Shown here one piece after another: positions 29,901 to 39,102 of a stretch of 64,000 bases of DNA (position 1 is its first letter; every line of letters starts with the position of its first letter). The stretch spans positions 28,725-92,724 of the forward strand of contig JAYOYH010000009.1 of NCBI GenBank assembly GCA_038153405.1. Direction: 5' to 3'. This DNA is from Gemmatimonadota bacterium (lineage in GTDB: Bacteria; Latescibacterota; UBA2968; UBA8231). The notes under the pieces were generated by a model. The model did not search any database, was not told the DNA's origin, and saw only the letters and a program-made list of their open reading frames with translations. Both the position numbers and the translations under genes were made by a program.

Positions 29901-30807
29901 GCGCGACCGCTTGGCCAACTACGGACTGCGCCTGCGCGACGTGGCCGAATTGGTGCGCAACAAAGTGCAGGGGCGCGTGGTGACCGATTTTCGCGAAGAA
30001 GAGCGGCAGATCGACGTGCTAGTGCGCCTGCGCGAGGAAGACCGACTCGGCTTGGCTGAGCTCGAACGCATCGTAGTAAACCCAGGTGCCGCTGTGCCCA
30101 TTCCTCTGTCGGCTGTCGCCGATATACGCATTGACGAGGGACCGAGCGAAATTCGCCGCATCGATCAGCAGCGCGCCGCACTGGTTACAGCCAATATTCA
30201 GAACACCGATTTGGGCACGGCTTCCGGGCGCATCTATACGGCACTGCGCCAAATGCGTTTTCCAACGGGGTTTGACTTCCTGATTAGCGGTCAGAACGAG
30301 GAAATGGAAACCTCGCTCAACAGCCTCTACTTTGCGCTGGCGCTGGCTATTTTTCTCGTCTATATCGTCATGGCCTCGCAGTTTGAATCGCTGGTGCACC
30401 CGTTCGTGATCATGTTCACCGTGCCGCTGGCCCTCATCGGCGTGCTGACGGTGCTCTACCTCGTGCAGGTGCCGCTGAGCATCGTGGTATTTATCGGCCT
30501 TATCATGCTGGCCGGTATTGTCGTTAACAACGCTATTGTTCTGGTCGACTACATCAATACGCTGCGCCGTTCCGGTATGGAAAAAGTGGAGGCAATCGTG
30601 CGCGCCGGCAGCGTGCGCCTGCGTCCCATTCTAATGACGACCTCGACGACGGTGCTCGGCCTGTTGCCCATGGCGTTGGGGCTGGGCGAGGGAGCCGAGA
30701 TCCGCACGCCGATGGCCCTGACGGTAATCGCCGGCCTGACCAGTTCCACCGTGCTTACGCTGATCGTCATTCCCACCGTCTACGCGCTGGTCGATCGCGG
30801 GGAATAG
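26932..30807 (+). CDS. RND efflux permease (AcrB/MdtB-like) with large insertions, 1291 aa
   Basis: The N-terminal TM1, VDNSIVVLESI (TM4 motif), C-terminal half motif VVNNAIVLVDY and ending LIVIPTVYAL are all RND hallmarks. It is about 250 aa longer than typical. Confidence 0.93.
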   Translation: MGLSADSNPAPQSGFAITTRRPVAILMVVMAICVFGWVSYQRLSLNLMPDISYPTLTVRTEYPGTAPEEVEMLLSRPLEQEVGIVPHLVNMSSISKAGQSDIILEFEWDTDMNVISQEVREKVDRVFLPQGAEKPLLLRYDPSLDPILRVGLHGPQDLFVLRYIAEHEIKRELEALTGVAAVKVKGGLEEEIHVELNERQIAIMGLDIAQINSRLAQNNVNLPGGNLREGQVEYLVRTLNEFRTLEEIGELVVAREAGADVYLRDIARVYRSHKDREIITRVNGGESVEIEIYKEADANIVAVAERVRAVLYGLPLQQAYVEELKKEGEQPGEAEGASGMAEKEDKERGEESEESGEEGVERRRMEAAQKAMNHLTMTDFISYRLPQGARLEILSDQSTFIKNSIDEVQNSALIGGGFAVLILFVFLRNVVHTLIIGLTIPVSIIATFAPMFIFDVSMNIMSLGGLALGVGMLVDNSIVVLESIFRCREEGDDIVRATVRGTTEVGTAVFASTLTTITVFFPIVFVEGVAGQVFGDMGLTVVFSLLASLGVALFFIPMLASRQVHSDGDGALMQLVRSDFLRMEAMQRARAALNDGDRPMPVRLLRGALSLPYLVFETLLRVGLAAAALVAAVLKAVALLLFYLLYPLVYLTELLVKLPRPIEQIVRTWSASSRVGRLDFFERLWPGILAYGGPQHLCGSMALYAQWVQQSLGNVSKVLKCILAPLVLVYLVVRFVLAMVLRLLGIVLHVAIMLVGLLLVVLLFLLGLLLMPLFAPVLFTFEKGFGLVQVAYPRMLSVALRNSVGVVAIAVAALVFCWQYLLPQLGQELIPQVHQGEFNLDVALPVGTPLERTASVVGRMEVVASRQPEVERMSSTIGTDQSANSASDEGENTAKITLKLVDGSTATQEDALIARLRDLLSDIPEVELEISHPSLFSFKTPIEVEVRGNDLRELRRLSKDVEARLAQIEGLVDVRSSLQVGNPELQISYRRDRLANYGLRLRDVAELVRNKVQGRVVTDFREEERQIDVLVRLREEDRLGLAELERIVVNPGAAVPIPLSAVADIRIDEGPSEIRRIDQQRAALVTANIQNTDLGTASGRIYTALRQMRFPTGFDFLISGQNEEMETSLNSLYFALALAIFLVYIVMASQFESLVHPFVIMFTVPLALIGVLTVLYLVQVPLSIVVFIGLIMLAGIVVNNAIVLVDYINTLRRSGMEKVEAIVRAGSVRLRPILMTTSTTVLGLLPMALGLGEGAEIRTPMALTVIAGLTSSTVLTLIVIPTVYALVDRGE

Positions 30808-30817
30808 GAGAAAGGCA

Positions 30818-33800
30818 ATGGACAACGAGCGCCAATACCCGCTGCCGCGCTTTTCGGTCAACCGCCCGGTTACCGTCGCCATGATCTTGGTGGCGCTGCT
30901 GGTCGTCGGTGCCATCGCCTACACGCGCATTCCTCTGACCCTCTTTCCCGAAGGCATGGAGTATCCGCGCCTTTTTGCTTGGGCACCCTATCCCAACGCC
31001 GGCGCGATCGAAGTCGAAAAAAAAGTCGTGCGCCTGATGGAAGAAGCCGTGGCGCAGGTCAGCAGCGTCAAGCGCATCCAGTCCGGAGCCAACAGGGGCA
31101 ATGGCTACGTCAATGTCGAGTTTCAGAAGGGTACGGATCTGCAGGTGGCCTTTGCCGAGATGAAAGATCGCCTCGATCGCATCATGCCGGAACTGCCCGA
31201 CGAAATCGAGCAGATGTGGGTGCGGCGCTGGGACCAGAGCGACATACCTATTCTCGCCGGCGCCATCGCCTTTCCGCCCGGAACGGTCGACCCGCGCTTT
31301 TTGCTCGACACCTATATAGAGCCCGCCTTTCGCCGCATCGACGGCGTCGGCAATGTCGAACTATGGGGCACGCCGGGCAAGCAAGTGCTCGTCGAGGTCG
31401 ACCAGAACAAGCTGCGCAGCCACGGGGTCAATATGTTTCAAACGGTCAACGATCTGCGCAGTCAGAATCTAACGGTGCCCGGCGGCTGGATTATTGAAGG
31501 TGGCAAGAAAATCTACCTGCGCTCGATGGGGCGTTATAGCACGATTGACGAGCTGCGCGAAACGGTCATTGATCCACAGCACCAGCTCAGCTTGGGCGAT
31601 ATCGCTTCGGTGTCGTACAAGCCGCCGCGCAAGGACTGGGCGAACCGAATCAACGGTCAGGAGTCGATGGGGTTTGAGATCGTTCGCGCCGCCGAGGCCA
31701 ATATCGTGCACATTTCGCGCGAGGTCGAAGCCACGCTGAAAAAACTAGAGCAGCATCCCCAGCTGCAGGGTATAGAGTACGTGATCTTTTGGGACCAAGG
31801 CGATCACGTAACATCGTCGGTCTACAACCTGCAAAACTCGGGGTTGTGGGGTGGGCTGTTTGCCGCGCTCGTACTCTTTTTTTTCCTGCGCGCCGTGCGC
31901 ATGACGTTGATCATCACGCTGGCGATTCCGCTGTGTATTCTCGTTACGATCACGGTTCTCTACTTTGCCGGCTGGTCGCTCAATATGGCGACGATGATGG
32001 GGCTTATGCTGAGTCTGGGCCTAGTCGTCGACAATGCCATCGTCATTGTCGAAAATATTTTCCGCATGCGCCAGAACGGCGTCGATCCGCGCCGAGCGTC
32101 GATTGAAGGAGCCGGTGAAGTGGGACTGGCCGTCACCATGGCCACGCTGACGACGGTGGTGGTTTTCCTGCCGCTCATTCTGATGGGTTCCGACGACAAT
32201 ATGGCTTTTTGGATGCTGCGGATTGGCATACCCGTTATCGTCGGTCTCGTCGCATCGCTGCTCATTGCTCTACTCATTATACCCCTGGCGGCGCTGAAAA
32301 TGGGCGCGGCCAAGGAGCGCGGGGATCTGGCCGCCATAGTGTGGATGCGCCGTCGCTACGAAGGCGCGCTGCGCTGGGTTCTAACCCATCGCCTCGACGC
32401 GTTTATTCTGGTCGCTCTAGCCGTCGCTAGCATGAAAATCCCCATGGACGGCCTGAAGAAAACCGACCAAAACGATCGCGACGAGACGCGTATGGACCTG
32501 GCGTTTGATATGCCGTCGGGACAGGGCTTGGAGCAGGCCGAAGCCTTTATGATTGCCGTTGAGGATACGCTGGTCGCGCACGCGGAGCAATACAACATTG
32601 AGAATGTGCGCACTTATGTGCGCGCAGGCCAAGGTCGCATATCGATGTTTCTCAAGGAAGAGAAAGATCTCGATTGGTATTCGGTGGCTTGGGATGACTT
32701 GCTGAAGAGCGTTGGCCTGCGCGAGCAAACCCATCTCAACTACAAAGAGATGGAAGAGGATATTCGCAAGCGCTTAGTGGTGCCCGCTGGCACATCGCTG
32801 CGCATCAATTGGGAGAACGCGCAGCAGGATGCCGCTGTCAACGTCACGCTCTACGGAGAGGATACGCACGTGCTGATGGGGCTGGCCCTAGAGGTGGAGC
32901 GGCGCTTGGAAAATATCCCCGGCCTGCTGTCGGTCGACACCGATATGGACCGCGGCGGCACCGAACTCCAGCTGCGTCTTGACCGCGGTCAGCTACAGCG
33001 ATTGGGCGTTAGTGCCCAAGTGGTATCGGGCAATATAGCCTATGCACTGCGCGGGCATAATATCAATAAGTTCCACACCGAAGACGGGCGCGAGGTGGAT
33101 ATACAGGTGCAGTTAGAGGAGTTTGATCGCAAGAATATGCAGGACCTGCGCGCCATTACCTTTCCCACCGAGGACGGACGCGAGGTGCCGCTCGAGTCGC
33201 TGGCCGATATCTACGTAGAGCGCACGCTGGGCGGCATCCGCCGCGACGATCGCCAGACGGTGCTCAACGTCGTCGCCCGCGCCAACAAAGACGACGCTCA
33301 GGCGCTCTTTGGCCAAGTCGACTTGGCGATGCGGGGTTTTGAAATGCCGCGCGGCTATCGCTGGGATAAAGGCGACCGCTACGTGCGGCTCGAGGAACAG
33401 GATAGTTCTATGAAGTTTGCCGTCATCATGTCGGTGACGTTTGTATTTTTGCTCATGGGCGTTCTCTTTGAGTCGTTCGTGCTGCCCCTTTCTGTCATCA
33501 TATCGATTCCCTTTTCGTTTCTCGGCGTCTATTGGACGCTCTATCTGACGAATACGCCGCAGGACATTATGTCGGTTATCGGCATGGTCATCCTCATCGG
33601 CGTCGTCGTCAACAACGCCATTGTGCTGATCGACTTGGCCAACCGACTGCGCGACGGGGGCATGGAGCGCACGGAGGCGCTAATGGAGGCGGGCATGCAC
33701 CGCTTTCGACCCATTTTAATGACGACGTTTACCACGGCGTTTGGTCTGATTCCGATGGCCGTAGGCAATTCCAAGCTGGTTGGGCTGGCCTACGCGCCGC

Positions 33801-33967
33801 TGGGGCGCACGATGATGGGTGGTCTGCTCGCGTCGATGGTGTTGACGCTCGTACTCGTGCCACTGTTTTACACGTTCTTCGACGATTTTCGCACACTGGT
33901 GCAAAACGTCATGGCATCGGCCTTTGTGCGCCGAGAGAAAAAAGAAGCGGCGGAAACGGCCGGGTAG
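30818..33967 (+). CDS. RND efflux permease (AcrB/MdtC-like), 1049 aa
   Basis: FSVNRPVTVAMILVALLVVG, VDNAIVIVENI, VVNNAIVLIDL and RFRPILMTTFTT motifs. Canonical length. Confidence 0.95.
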   Translation: MDNERQYPLPRFSVNRPVTVAMILVALLVVGAIAYTRIPLTLFPEGMEYPRLFAWAPYPNAGAIEVEKKVVRLMEEAVAQVSSVKRIQSGANRGNGYVNVEFQKGTDLQVAFAEMKDRLDRIMPELPDEIEQMWVRRWDQSDIPILAGAIAFPPGTVDPRFLLDTYIEPAFRRIDGVGNVELWGTPGKQVLVEVDQNKLRSHGVNMFQTVNDLRSQNLTVPGGWIIEGGKKIYLRSMGRYSTIDELRETVIDPQHQLSLGDIASVSYKPPRKDWANRINGQESMGFEIVRAAEANIVHISREVEATLKKLEQHPQLQGIEYVIFWDQGDHVTSSVYNLQNSGLWGGLFAALVLFFFLRAVRMTLIITLAIPLCILVTITVLYFAGWSLNMATMMGLMLSLGLVVDNAIVIVENIFRMRQNGVDPRRASIEGAGEVGLAVTMATLTTVVVFLPLILMGSDDNMAFWMLRIGIPVIVGLVASLLIALLIIPLAALKMGAAKERGDLAAIVWMRRRYEGALRWVLTHRLDAFILVALAVASMKIPMDGLKKTDQNDRDETRMDLAFDMPSGQGLEQAEAFMIAVEDTLVAHAEQYNIENVRTYVRAGQGRISMFLKEEKDLDWYSVAWDDLLKSVGLREQTHLNYKEMEEDIRKRLVVPAGTSLRINWENAQQDAAVNVTLYGEDTHVLMGLALEVERRLENIPGLLSVDTDMDRGGTELQLRLDRGQLQRLGVSAQVVSGNIAYALRGHNINKFHTEDGREVDIQVQLEEFDRKNMQDLRAITFPTEDGREVPLESLADIYVERTLGGIRRDDRQTVLNVVARANKDDAQALFGQVDLAMRGFEMPRGYRWDKGDRYVRLEEQDSSMKFAVIMSVTFVFLLMGVLFESFVLPLSVIISIPFSFLGVYWTLYLTNTPQDIMSVIGMVILIGVVVNNAIVLIDLANRLRDGGMERTEALMEAGMHRFRPILMTTFTTAFGLIPMAVGNSKLVGLAYAPLGRTMMGGLLASMVLTLVLVPLFYTFFDDFRTLVQNVMASAFVRREKKEAAETAG

Positions 33968-33971
33968 GCTA

Positions 33972-35504
33972 CTAGTGCAAGAGGTAGAGGTCGTAATAGA
34001 CGGCTGTGCAGCCAACAGCTTCGCGTTTGGCGCTGCCGATGAATCGACTCGAGCGATCGTGCAGTGAGCGCGGAACGGGGGTGTCCTGCCGCGCCACAAA
34101 GAGGATCGCCGCGCTCGGTGCCAGACGGTTTCTCGCGTCGGTTAGATCGCGGAAGCGCGGGTCGTCCACCGTGTAGTAGGTGCGCGGTGTATTGGCGTAG
34201 TAGGCCAGGCCGAAGGGAATGCTGTACTGATTGCTCACTAGCGGCGTCTGCACGGCGATGTTGCGCTGTGCCAGCAGCGCGTCCACGCTGTGGCTAAAGG
34301 CACTCCAGCCGCCGTATTCACAAACTCTTTCGCTCCACGAATAGGAGGGCTCGCGCGCGCGGTCTACACGCGAAACGAGGCCGACGTAGCTCTGGTCGAT
34401 TCGACTGCGCTCGACCCATGCGCCGACCGTTCCCGGATATTTGAGTGCCCACCCGATCCCCACGGCTTGCAGCAGGCCGCTGAGGATCAACGCCGGATAG
34501 AGCCCGCGTCGCGCAGGCAGGTTAAAGGCTAGCGGCCACAGGCTGAGAAAACCGACGAGAATCCAATTGCCCTTTATTTGACCCCTGTGAAAGGCGAAGA
34601 ACAAGAAGGCGCCGAGCGTGCACAGGGCCGGTAGAAGGGCTAGCGCCACATCGGGACTCCACGCGCGCCGGACGCTGCCCAGTGCTTTCCACAGCGCGCT
34701 GTAGAGCAGGTAGAGCAGCAGGGGCGAGGCAAAGAGGAGTGGGTTTATGGCAAAGAATAGCAGTCGGGCAAGTGGGCTGTCGAGCGCCTCTATTTTCGAC
34801 AACGTGCTGAGGGTGTGCGGCAGGTAAAACGCCGTGCTGAGCTGGGCGTAGACAAGTGGGGAGGACACGCACAGGGCCGCAATGGCAAATGCAGCTATTG
34901 CCATAGGGTGCTGTTTAGCAGGGCGAGAAAAGAGCAGAAACAGGCCCAGGCCTGCGGTTAGAAAGGCGCCAGAGTACTTGCACAGCACGGCCAGCCCGCA
35001 GGCTGCGCCCATACACAAATAATCGGTCAGGCGATGCGTATTGCAGGCGCGCCGCGCGGCGCGCAGCGCCAGTAGCCAGCAGGCGGTTAGGAAGGCGTCG
35101 GGATGCAGGTATGAACTCGTATGCCAGGCCCAGTGACTGCAGGCAAAAGCCGCCGCCGCCCAGCGCGCGCGCGCGGTTGGTAGTCCGCAGTCTAAACACA
35201 GGCGATAGAGCGAATATACCGACAGCGAGCCGAGGAGCAGAGACGGCATGCGCAAGAAGTGTTCGCCGTGCGGAGCCAGCGCTTCGGCCAAGGCAATGAG
35301 CGAAAAAGGAACGAGGGCATAGCTGGCATCGAGATGCTGGCTCCAATACCAGTAGAGGGCCTCGTCTTTGCCCAACTCGACGCCGTAGGTTAGCCAGCCT
35401 TTTGCTAAGGTATACGCGGCCAGTGCCAGTGCCCAAGTCGCATTGACTAGGTATGGGCTCCCCTTTATATTCTGGTCTCTGTTGGATGCGGTATTAGATA
35501 TCAT
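33972..35504 (-). CDS. Polytopic glycosyltransferase, GT39/ArnT-PMT-like (family 39/83)
   Basis: 510 aa with many TM helices and the first-loop motif GKDEALYWYWSQHLDASY typical of ArnT/PMT-like enzymes. Start trimmed to ATG 35504, because the listed 635-aa ORF extends antisense through clpP. Confidence 0.82.
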   Translation of the reverse strand: MISNTASNRDQNIKGSPYLVNATWALALAAYTLAKGWLTYGVELGKDEALYWYWSQHLDASYALVPFSLIALAEALAPHGEHFLRMPSLLLGSLSVYSLYRLCLDCGLPTARARWAAAAFACSHWAWHTSSYLHPDAFLTACWLLALRAARRACNTHRLTDYLCMGAACGLAVLCKYSGAFLTAGLGLFLLFSRPAKQHPMAIAAFAIAALCVSSPLVYAQLSTAFYLPHTLSTLSKIEALDSPLARLLFFAINPLLFASPLLLYLLYSALWKALGSVRRAWSPDVALALLPALCTLGAFLFFAFHRGQIKGNWILVGFLSLWPLAFNLPARRGLYPALILSGLLQAVGIGWALKYPGTVGAWVERSRIDQSYVGLVSRVDRAREPSYSWSERVCEYGGWSAFSHSVDALLAQRNIAVQTPLVSNQYSIPFGLAYYANTPRTYYTVDDPRFRDLTDARNRLAPSAAILFVARQDTPVPRSLHDRSSRFIGSAKREAVGCTAVYYDLYLLH

Positions 35505-35519
35505 TTTGGAGATTGTTAA

Positions 35520-36128
35520 ATGGCCGAAGAGAACGAAGATCTGCTCAAGAACCTCCAGGAAAAAAACTTGGAATTGAGCCTGTATAAAGCGCGCAAAATC
35601 TTTCTGTGGTCCGACGTCAACGACGAGTCGGCACGGGGTATCGTCACGCGTTTGCTGTCGCTCGATACAGAAGATCCGGAAAAGGAAATCGTGCTCTATA
35701 TCAACAGCCCCGGCGGCTCCGTGCACGATGGCATGGCCATCTACGATGCCATGCGCGCCATCAAGGCACCGGTCTCTACCGTGTGCATCGGCATGGCGAT
35801 GAGCATGGGCTCGTTTCTCCTTTCGGCCGGCGAACCCGGCCGCCGCTTTGCCTGGCCGCATGCGCGCATCATGATCCATCAGCCGCTGATTATGGGCACG
35901 GTGACGGGCACGGCAACTGACTTAGATATTCGCGCGCGAGAGACCATTCGCCTGCGCGAAGAGTTGAACCAGATCTACGCCGAGCACACGGGTCAGGACG
36001 TGGAGAAAATTGCCAAAGACACTGACCGCGACTTCTTTATGTCGGCGGCGGAGGCCAAGGACTACGGGATCATAGACGATGTGATTACCACCACCGCGCC
36101 GATGCCCAACGGCCAGGTAAAGAGCTAA
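35520..36128 (+). CDS. clpP: ATP-dependent Clp protease proteolytic subunit
   Basis: INSPGGSV, catalytic Ser in [11 protein letters not shown], His in IMIHQP, Asp in DTDRDFFM. Confidence 0.96.
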   Translation: MAEENEDLLKNLQEKNLELSLYKARKIFLWSDVNDESARGIVTRLLSLDTEDPEKEIVLYINSPGGSVHDGMAIYDAMRAIKAPVSTVCIGMAMSMGSFLLSAGEPGRRFAWPHARIMIHQPLIMGTVTGTATDLDIRARETIRLREELNQIYAEHTGQDVEKIAKDTDRDFFMSAAEAKDYGIIDDVITTTAPMPNGQVKS

Positions 36129-36151
36129 AATCCGCCCCCTTTGCTGCGGCG

Positions 36152-36191
36152 AAAAAGGGCCGATTCCCCGTGCGGGGAGTCGGCCCTTTTT
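36152..36191. terminator. Bidirectional intrinsic terminator between clpP and mutM
   Basis: Sequence aaaaaGGGCCGATTCCCCGtgCGGGGAGTCGGCCCttttt: a 13-14 bp GC-rich stem with A and T tracts on both sides. Confidence 0.8.
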
Positions 36192-36999
36192 ATTGCTGGC
36201 AGCGGGGGCAGAAAAACGTGTTGCGCCCGCCCATAACGATGCTCTCCAGCGCATCGTTGCAGCGGCGACAGGGCTGGCCGGCCCGCCCGTAGACGGCCAG
36301 GCGCTGCTGAAAGCGTCCTCCTTCGCCCGAACCCAAATAATCGCTGATGGTGGTGCCGCCTTTGCGCACGGCGTTGCGCAGCACGCGCTTGATGCAACGC
36401 ACCAGTTCGGCTAGCGCCTCATCGGCAATTGTCCCTGCCGGCGTCTGCGGATTAATGCCGGCGTAATAGAGCGATTCGCTGGCGTATATATTGCCGACGC
36501 CAACGACGATGTGGCCGTCCATAATGAGATTTTTAATGGGCGTGCTGCGTTCGCGGCAGGCGGCGGTCAGATAGCGCCCAGTGAACGCGGTCGTCAGCGG
36601 TTCTGCGCCGAGACTGTTCAAGTAGCGACACTGCGCCTCTTCCCCCTCCTCGAGCACGATGACCAGGCCAAAGCGCCGCGGATCGTTAAAGACGAGCGGG
36701 CGTTCACCATCGAGATAAAAGACGACGTGGTCGTGTTTGGCGCCGGGGTCGCGCAGCAGCAAATTGCCGCTCATGCCCAGGTGGACGAGCAGCGTTGTGC
36801 CAGAGTCCAGGTCGAGTAAGAGATACTTGGCCCGGCGCCGGGCACTGGTGAAGCGCTCGCCGCGCAGACTCTGCAAGCGCGGTCGGTCTAGCTGTTCGCG
36901 AAGCCGTTTGTCGGATGTTTCTACGCGGCAGATTGCACGACCGGGTAGGGCTTCTTGCATCGCGCGGCGCACGGTTTCCACTTCGGGTAGTTCGGGCAT
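36190..36999 (-). CDS. mutM: Formamidopyrimidine-DNA glycosylase
   Basis: MPELPEVETVRR N-terminus, an H2TH region, and a C-terminal zinc finger CRRC...CPRCQ. Start trimmed to ATG 36999. Confidence 0.94.
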   Translation of the reverse strand: MPELPEVETVRRAMQEALPGRAICRVETSDKRLREQLDRPRLQSLRGERFTSARRRAKYLLLDLDSGTTLLVHLGMSGNLLLRDPGAKHDHVVFYLDGERPLVFNDPRRFGLVIVLEEGEEAQCRYLNSLGAEPLTTAFTGRYLTAACRERSTPIKNLIMDGHIVVGVGNIYASESLYYAGINPQTPAGTIADEALAELVRCIKRVLRNAVRKGGTTISDYLGSGEGGRFQQRLAVYGRAGQPCRRCNDALESIVMGGRNTFFCPRCQQ

Positions 37000-37096
37000 G
37001 CGAAGGAGTATATACGGGGGTGCACACGGCGTCAATATTGCTGCATTGGCGCGCCGCCGTATTTTGTACGAGCACACGCAAAAGGAGTGAGTACAT

Positions 37097-38407
37097 ATGG
37101 ATTTGACTAGACAACCGCCGCGCCGCCCTTCAAATGTGAATATGGCGGGCATCGTGGGCCTGGCCCGCATGACCGACAAGGCGCGCGCATACAACAGCGA
37201 GACATTGGAACCCTATCTGTACGGCGATGACTCGAATCTCGATACGGAAGTGCTGGGCCTTATCGGTATGAATGCAGGTGACTTTGCCGAGGCGGCCGAG
37301 GCGATGAGCGACGAAGAACTCGTGGTTCGCGTGCGCGAGTCGATCGAGCACATTGGGCGCATGCACAGTGAGATAGACGCGTTTAATCGCGAGCGGCTCG
37401 AACGTCATCCACACGACGAGCGCCACCGCGCTCTGCTGGCGGAGCGCTTGGAAAAGTACGCGCCCGGCCGCACCGATATAAAGACGATCTTCGCCTCGCT
37501 CGAGTTAGACGACTGGGGTCAGTTTCGCGAGATGGACCTGACGATAGAGCCGCCGCGCACGCCCTATTTGCGCAGTGTATTTGGCGTAATGGGTGCGGCG
37601 CGCATGGCCGATAAGGCCCGCGCTGCCCGCGCGGGTAAGTTGGGCGCCTATCGCTACGGCGACGATTCGGGTTTGGACAAGGCGATTCTCGAATTCCTTG
37701 GCATTGGCGCCGAAGACTTTATGGAGGCGGCCTATGCCAATCCCAACGATACGGAGCTTTCCGAGTGGGTCGCCCAGCAGGTGGAAAAGACGCCGTCGGA
37801 AAAGTGCACATTTAATGCGCTGCGCGCCCAGTTCGGGCGCTTTGGCGACGTGCGTGCCGCTTTTCTGCGCCGCAGGGACGAGGTTGGATGCAACAGCGGC
37901 AACGTCGACACCTATTTTGATCTGATGGACGTTGACGACGAACAGAGCTTTGGCGTGGTCGATCTGCGCCGGCATGCTCCGCGCAGCATCTACGATACGA
38001 GCGTGGCCGGCATTGCCGGGTTGGCGCGGGCCATCGACAAAGCGCGCGCCCACAACGGCCGGATGTTGGGCGCCTACTGGTTTGGCGACGATTCCGGCTT
38101 TGATCGGGCGGTGCTCAAATTGGTCGGTAGCACAGCGGCCGAATTTGCCGAGGCGACCAATGCATGTGCCGATGATGAGGCCGTGCTGGCGTGGTTGGGC
38201 GACCGAGTCAGCGGTAAGAGCGACGAGGAAAAGGCGGAGTTTAATCAGTCGCTGTGGACTGCATCGCCGCGCGACGATCACCAGTGGGCCGCTGTACGGA
38301 AAGTGGTGGGTGCGCTCGATCCACGGCGCCAGGACGTATGCTGCTTTGCGGCAATGACGGCGCTCGACGACAGCGTGTTCTTTGCGCGCATGAAGGCCGG
38401 CGTCTAA
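37097..38407 (+). CDS. Protein made of three tandem DUF5069-like domains
   Basis: Three copies of about 145 aa share the core G..GLARM.DKARA......LG.Y.YGDDSGLD...L..LG....DF.EA. They begin near 37121, 37560 and 37966. Confidence 0.75.
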   Translation: MDLTRQPPRRPSNVNMAGIVGLARMTDKARAYNSETLEPYLYGDDSNLDTEVLGLIGMNAGDFAEAAEAMSDEELVVRVRESIEHIGRMHSEIDAFNRERLERHPHDERHRALLAERLEKYAPGRTDIKTIFASLELDDWGQFREMDLTIEPPRTPYLRSVFGVMGAARMADKARAARAGKLGAYRYGDDSGLDKAILEFLGIGAEDFMEAAYANPNDTELSEWVAQQVEKTPSEKCTFNALRAQFGRFGDVRAAFLRRRDEVGCNSGNVDTYFDLMDVDDEQSFGVVDLRRHAPRSIYDTSVAGIAGLARAIDKARAHNGRMLGAYWFGDDSGFDRAVLKLVGSTAAEFAEATNACADDEAVLAWLGDRVSGKSDEEKAEFNQSLWTASPRDDHQWAAVRKVVGALDPRRQDVCCFAAMTALDDSVFFARMKAGV

Positions 38408-39102
38408 TGGCGCGACCGCTCATTGGCATTACCACGAGTCTGACGGAAACGGCCCAGGTGCTGCAGCGGCGCTACGTCGATGCGGTCGAGCGCGCCGGCG
38501 GTGCGCCGGTTATCGTCGCCCAAACGGCTGTCGCGGAAGCGCAGCGCCCGCTGCTCGACGCGCTAGACGGACTGATCATTACGGGCGGTCCCGGTATTAC
38601 GCAGGGCCTGGTCGGCGAACTGCCGGACGATTTGCCCGCCGTGGATCTGCACCGCTGGCAGTCCGATTGTACTGCTTTTGACGCACTGCAAGAGCGGCAC
38701 CGTCCAATGCTGGGCATCTGCTACGGCATGCAGTTTATCAATGCGCGCCTAGGCGGTACGCTCTACGCCGACGTCGAGGCCCAGCTGGGCGTAGTGCCCC
38801 ATTCGCCCAAGCGGACGGAAGGGCGCGAGATTGCGCACGATATTGCGCTGAGCGAGGGGTCTACCCTGGCTTCGATTGTCGGAACCCGTCGCGCTGTGGC
38901 TAATAGCTTTCACCTACAGGCCGTTGAGCAGGTGGGCCAGGGACTGAGGGTAAGTGGATACTCTGACGACGGGTTGATCGAAGCCATTGAGGGAGAAGAG
39001 GGGCGATTGGTGGGCGTGCAGTTTCACCCCGAGGCGATGCCGGGGTCGGCGTGGGACCGCCTCTTTGAACACTTAGTCGCCCGCGCCAACCAGCGGGACT
39101 AG
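38407..39102 (+). CDS. Class I glutamine amidotransferase, peptidase C26 (gamma-glutamyl-GABA hydrolase PuuD-like)
   Basis: MARPLIGITT N-terminus, nucleophile GICYGMQ and GVQFHPE histidine motif. Its ATG overlaps the upstream TAA (TAATG). Confidence 0.88.
   Translation: MARPLIGITTSLTETAQVLQRRYVDAVERAGGAPVIVAQTAVAEAQRPLLDALDGLIITGGPGITQGLVGELPDDLPAVDLHRWQSDCTAFDALQERHRPMLGICYGMQFINARLGGTLYADVEAQLGVVPHSPKRTEGREIAHDIALSEGSTLASIVGTRRAVANSFHLQAVEQVGQGLRVSGYSDDGLIEAIEGEEGRLVGVQFHPEAMPGSAWDRLFEHLVARANQRD

Noticed and set aside
35505-35879. N-terminal 125 aa of the listed 635-aa ORF 33972..35879
   Set aside because: This part is antisense to the clearly genuine clpP gene and is His/Arg/Asp-rich nonsense. 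The glycosyltransferase signature begins after the internal ATG at 35504.
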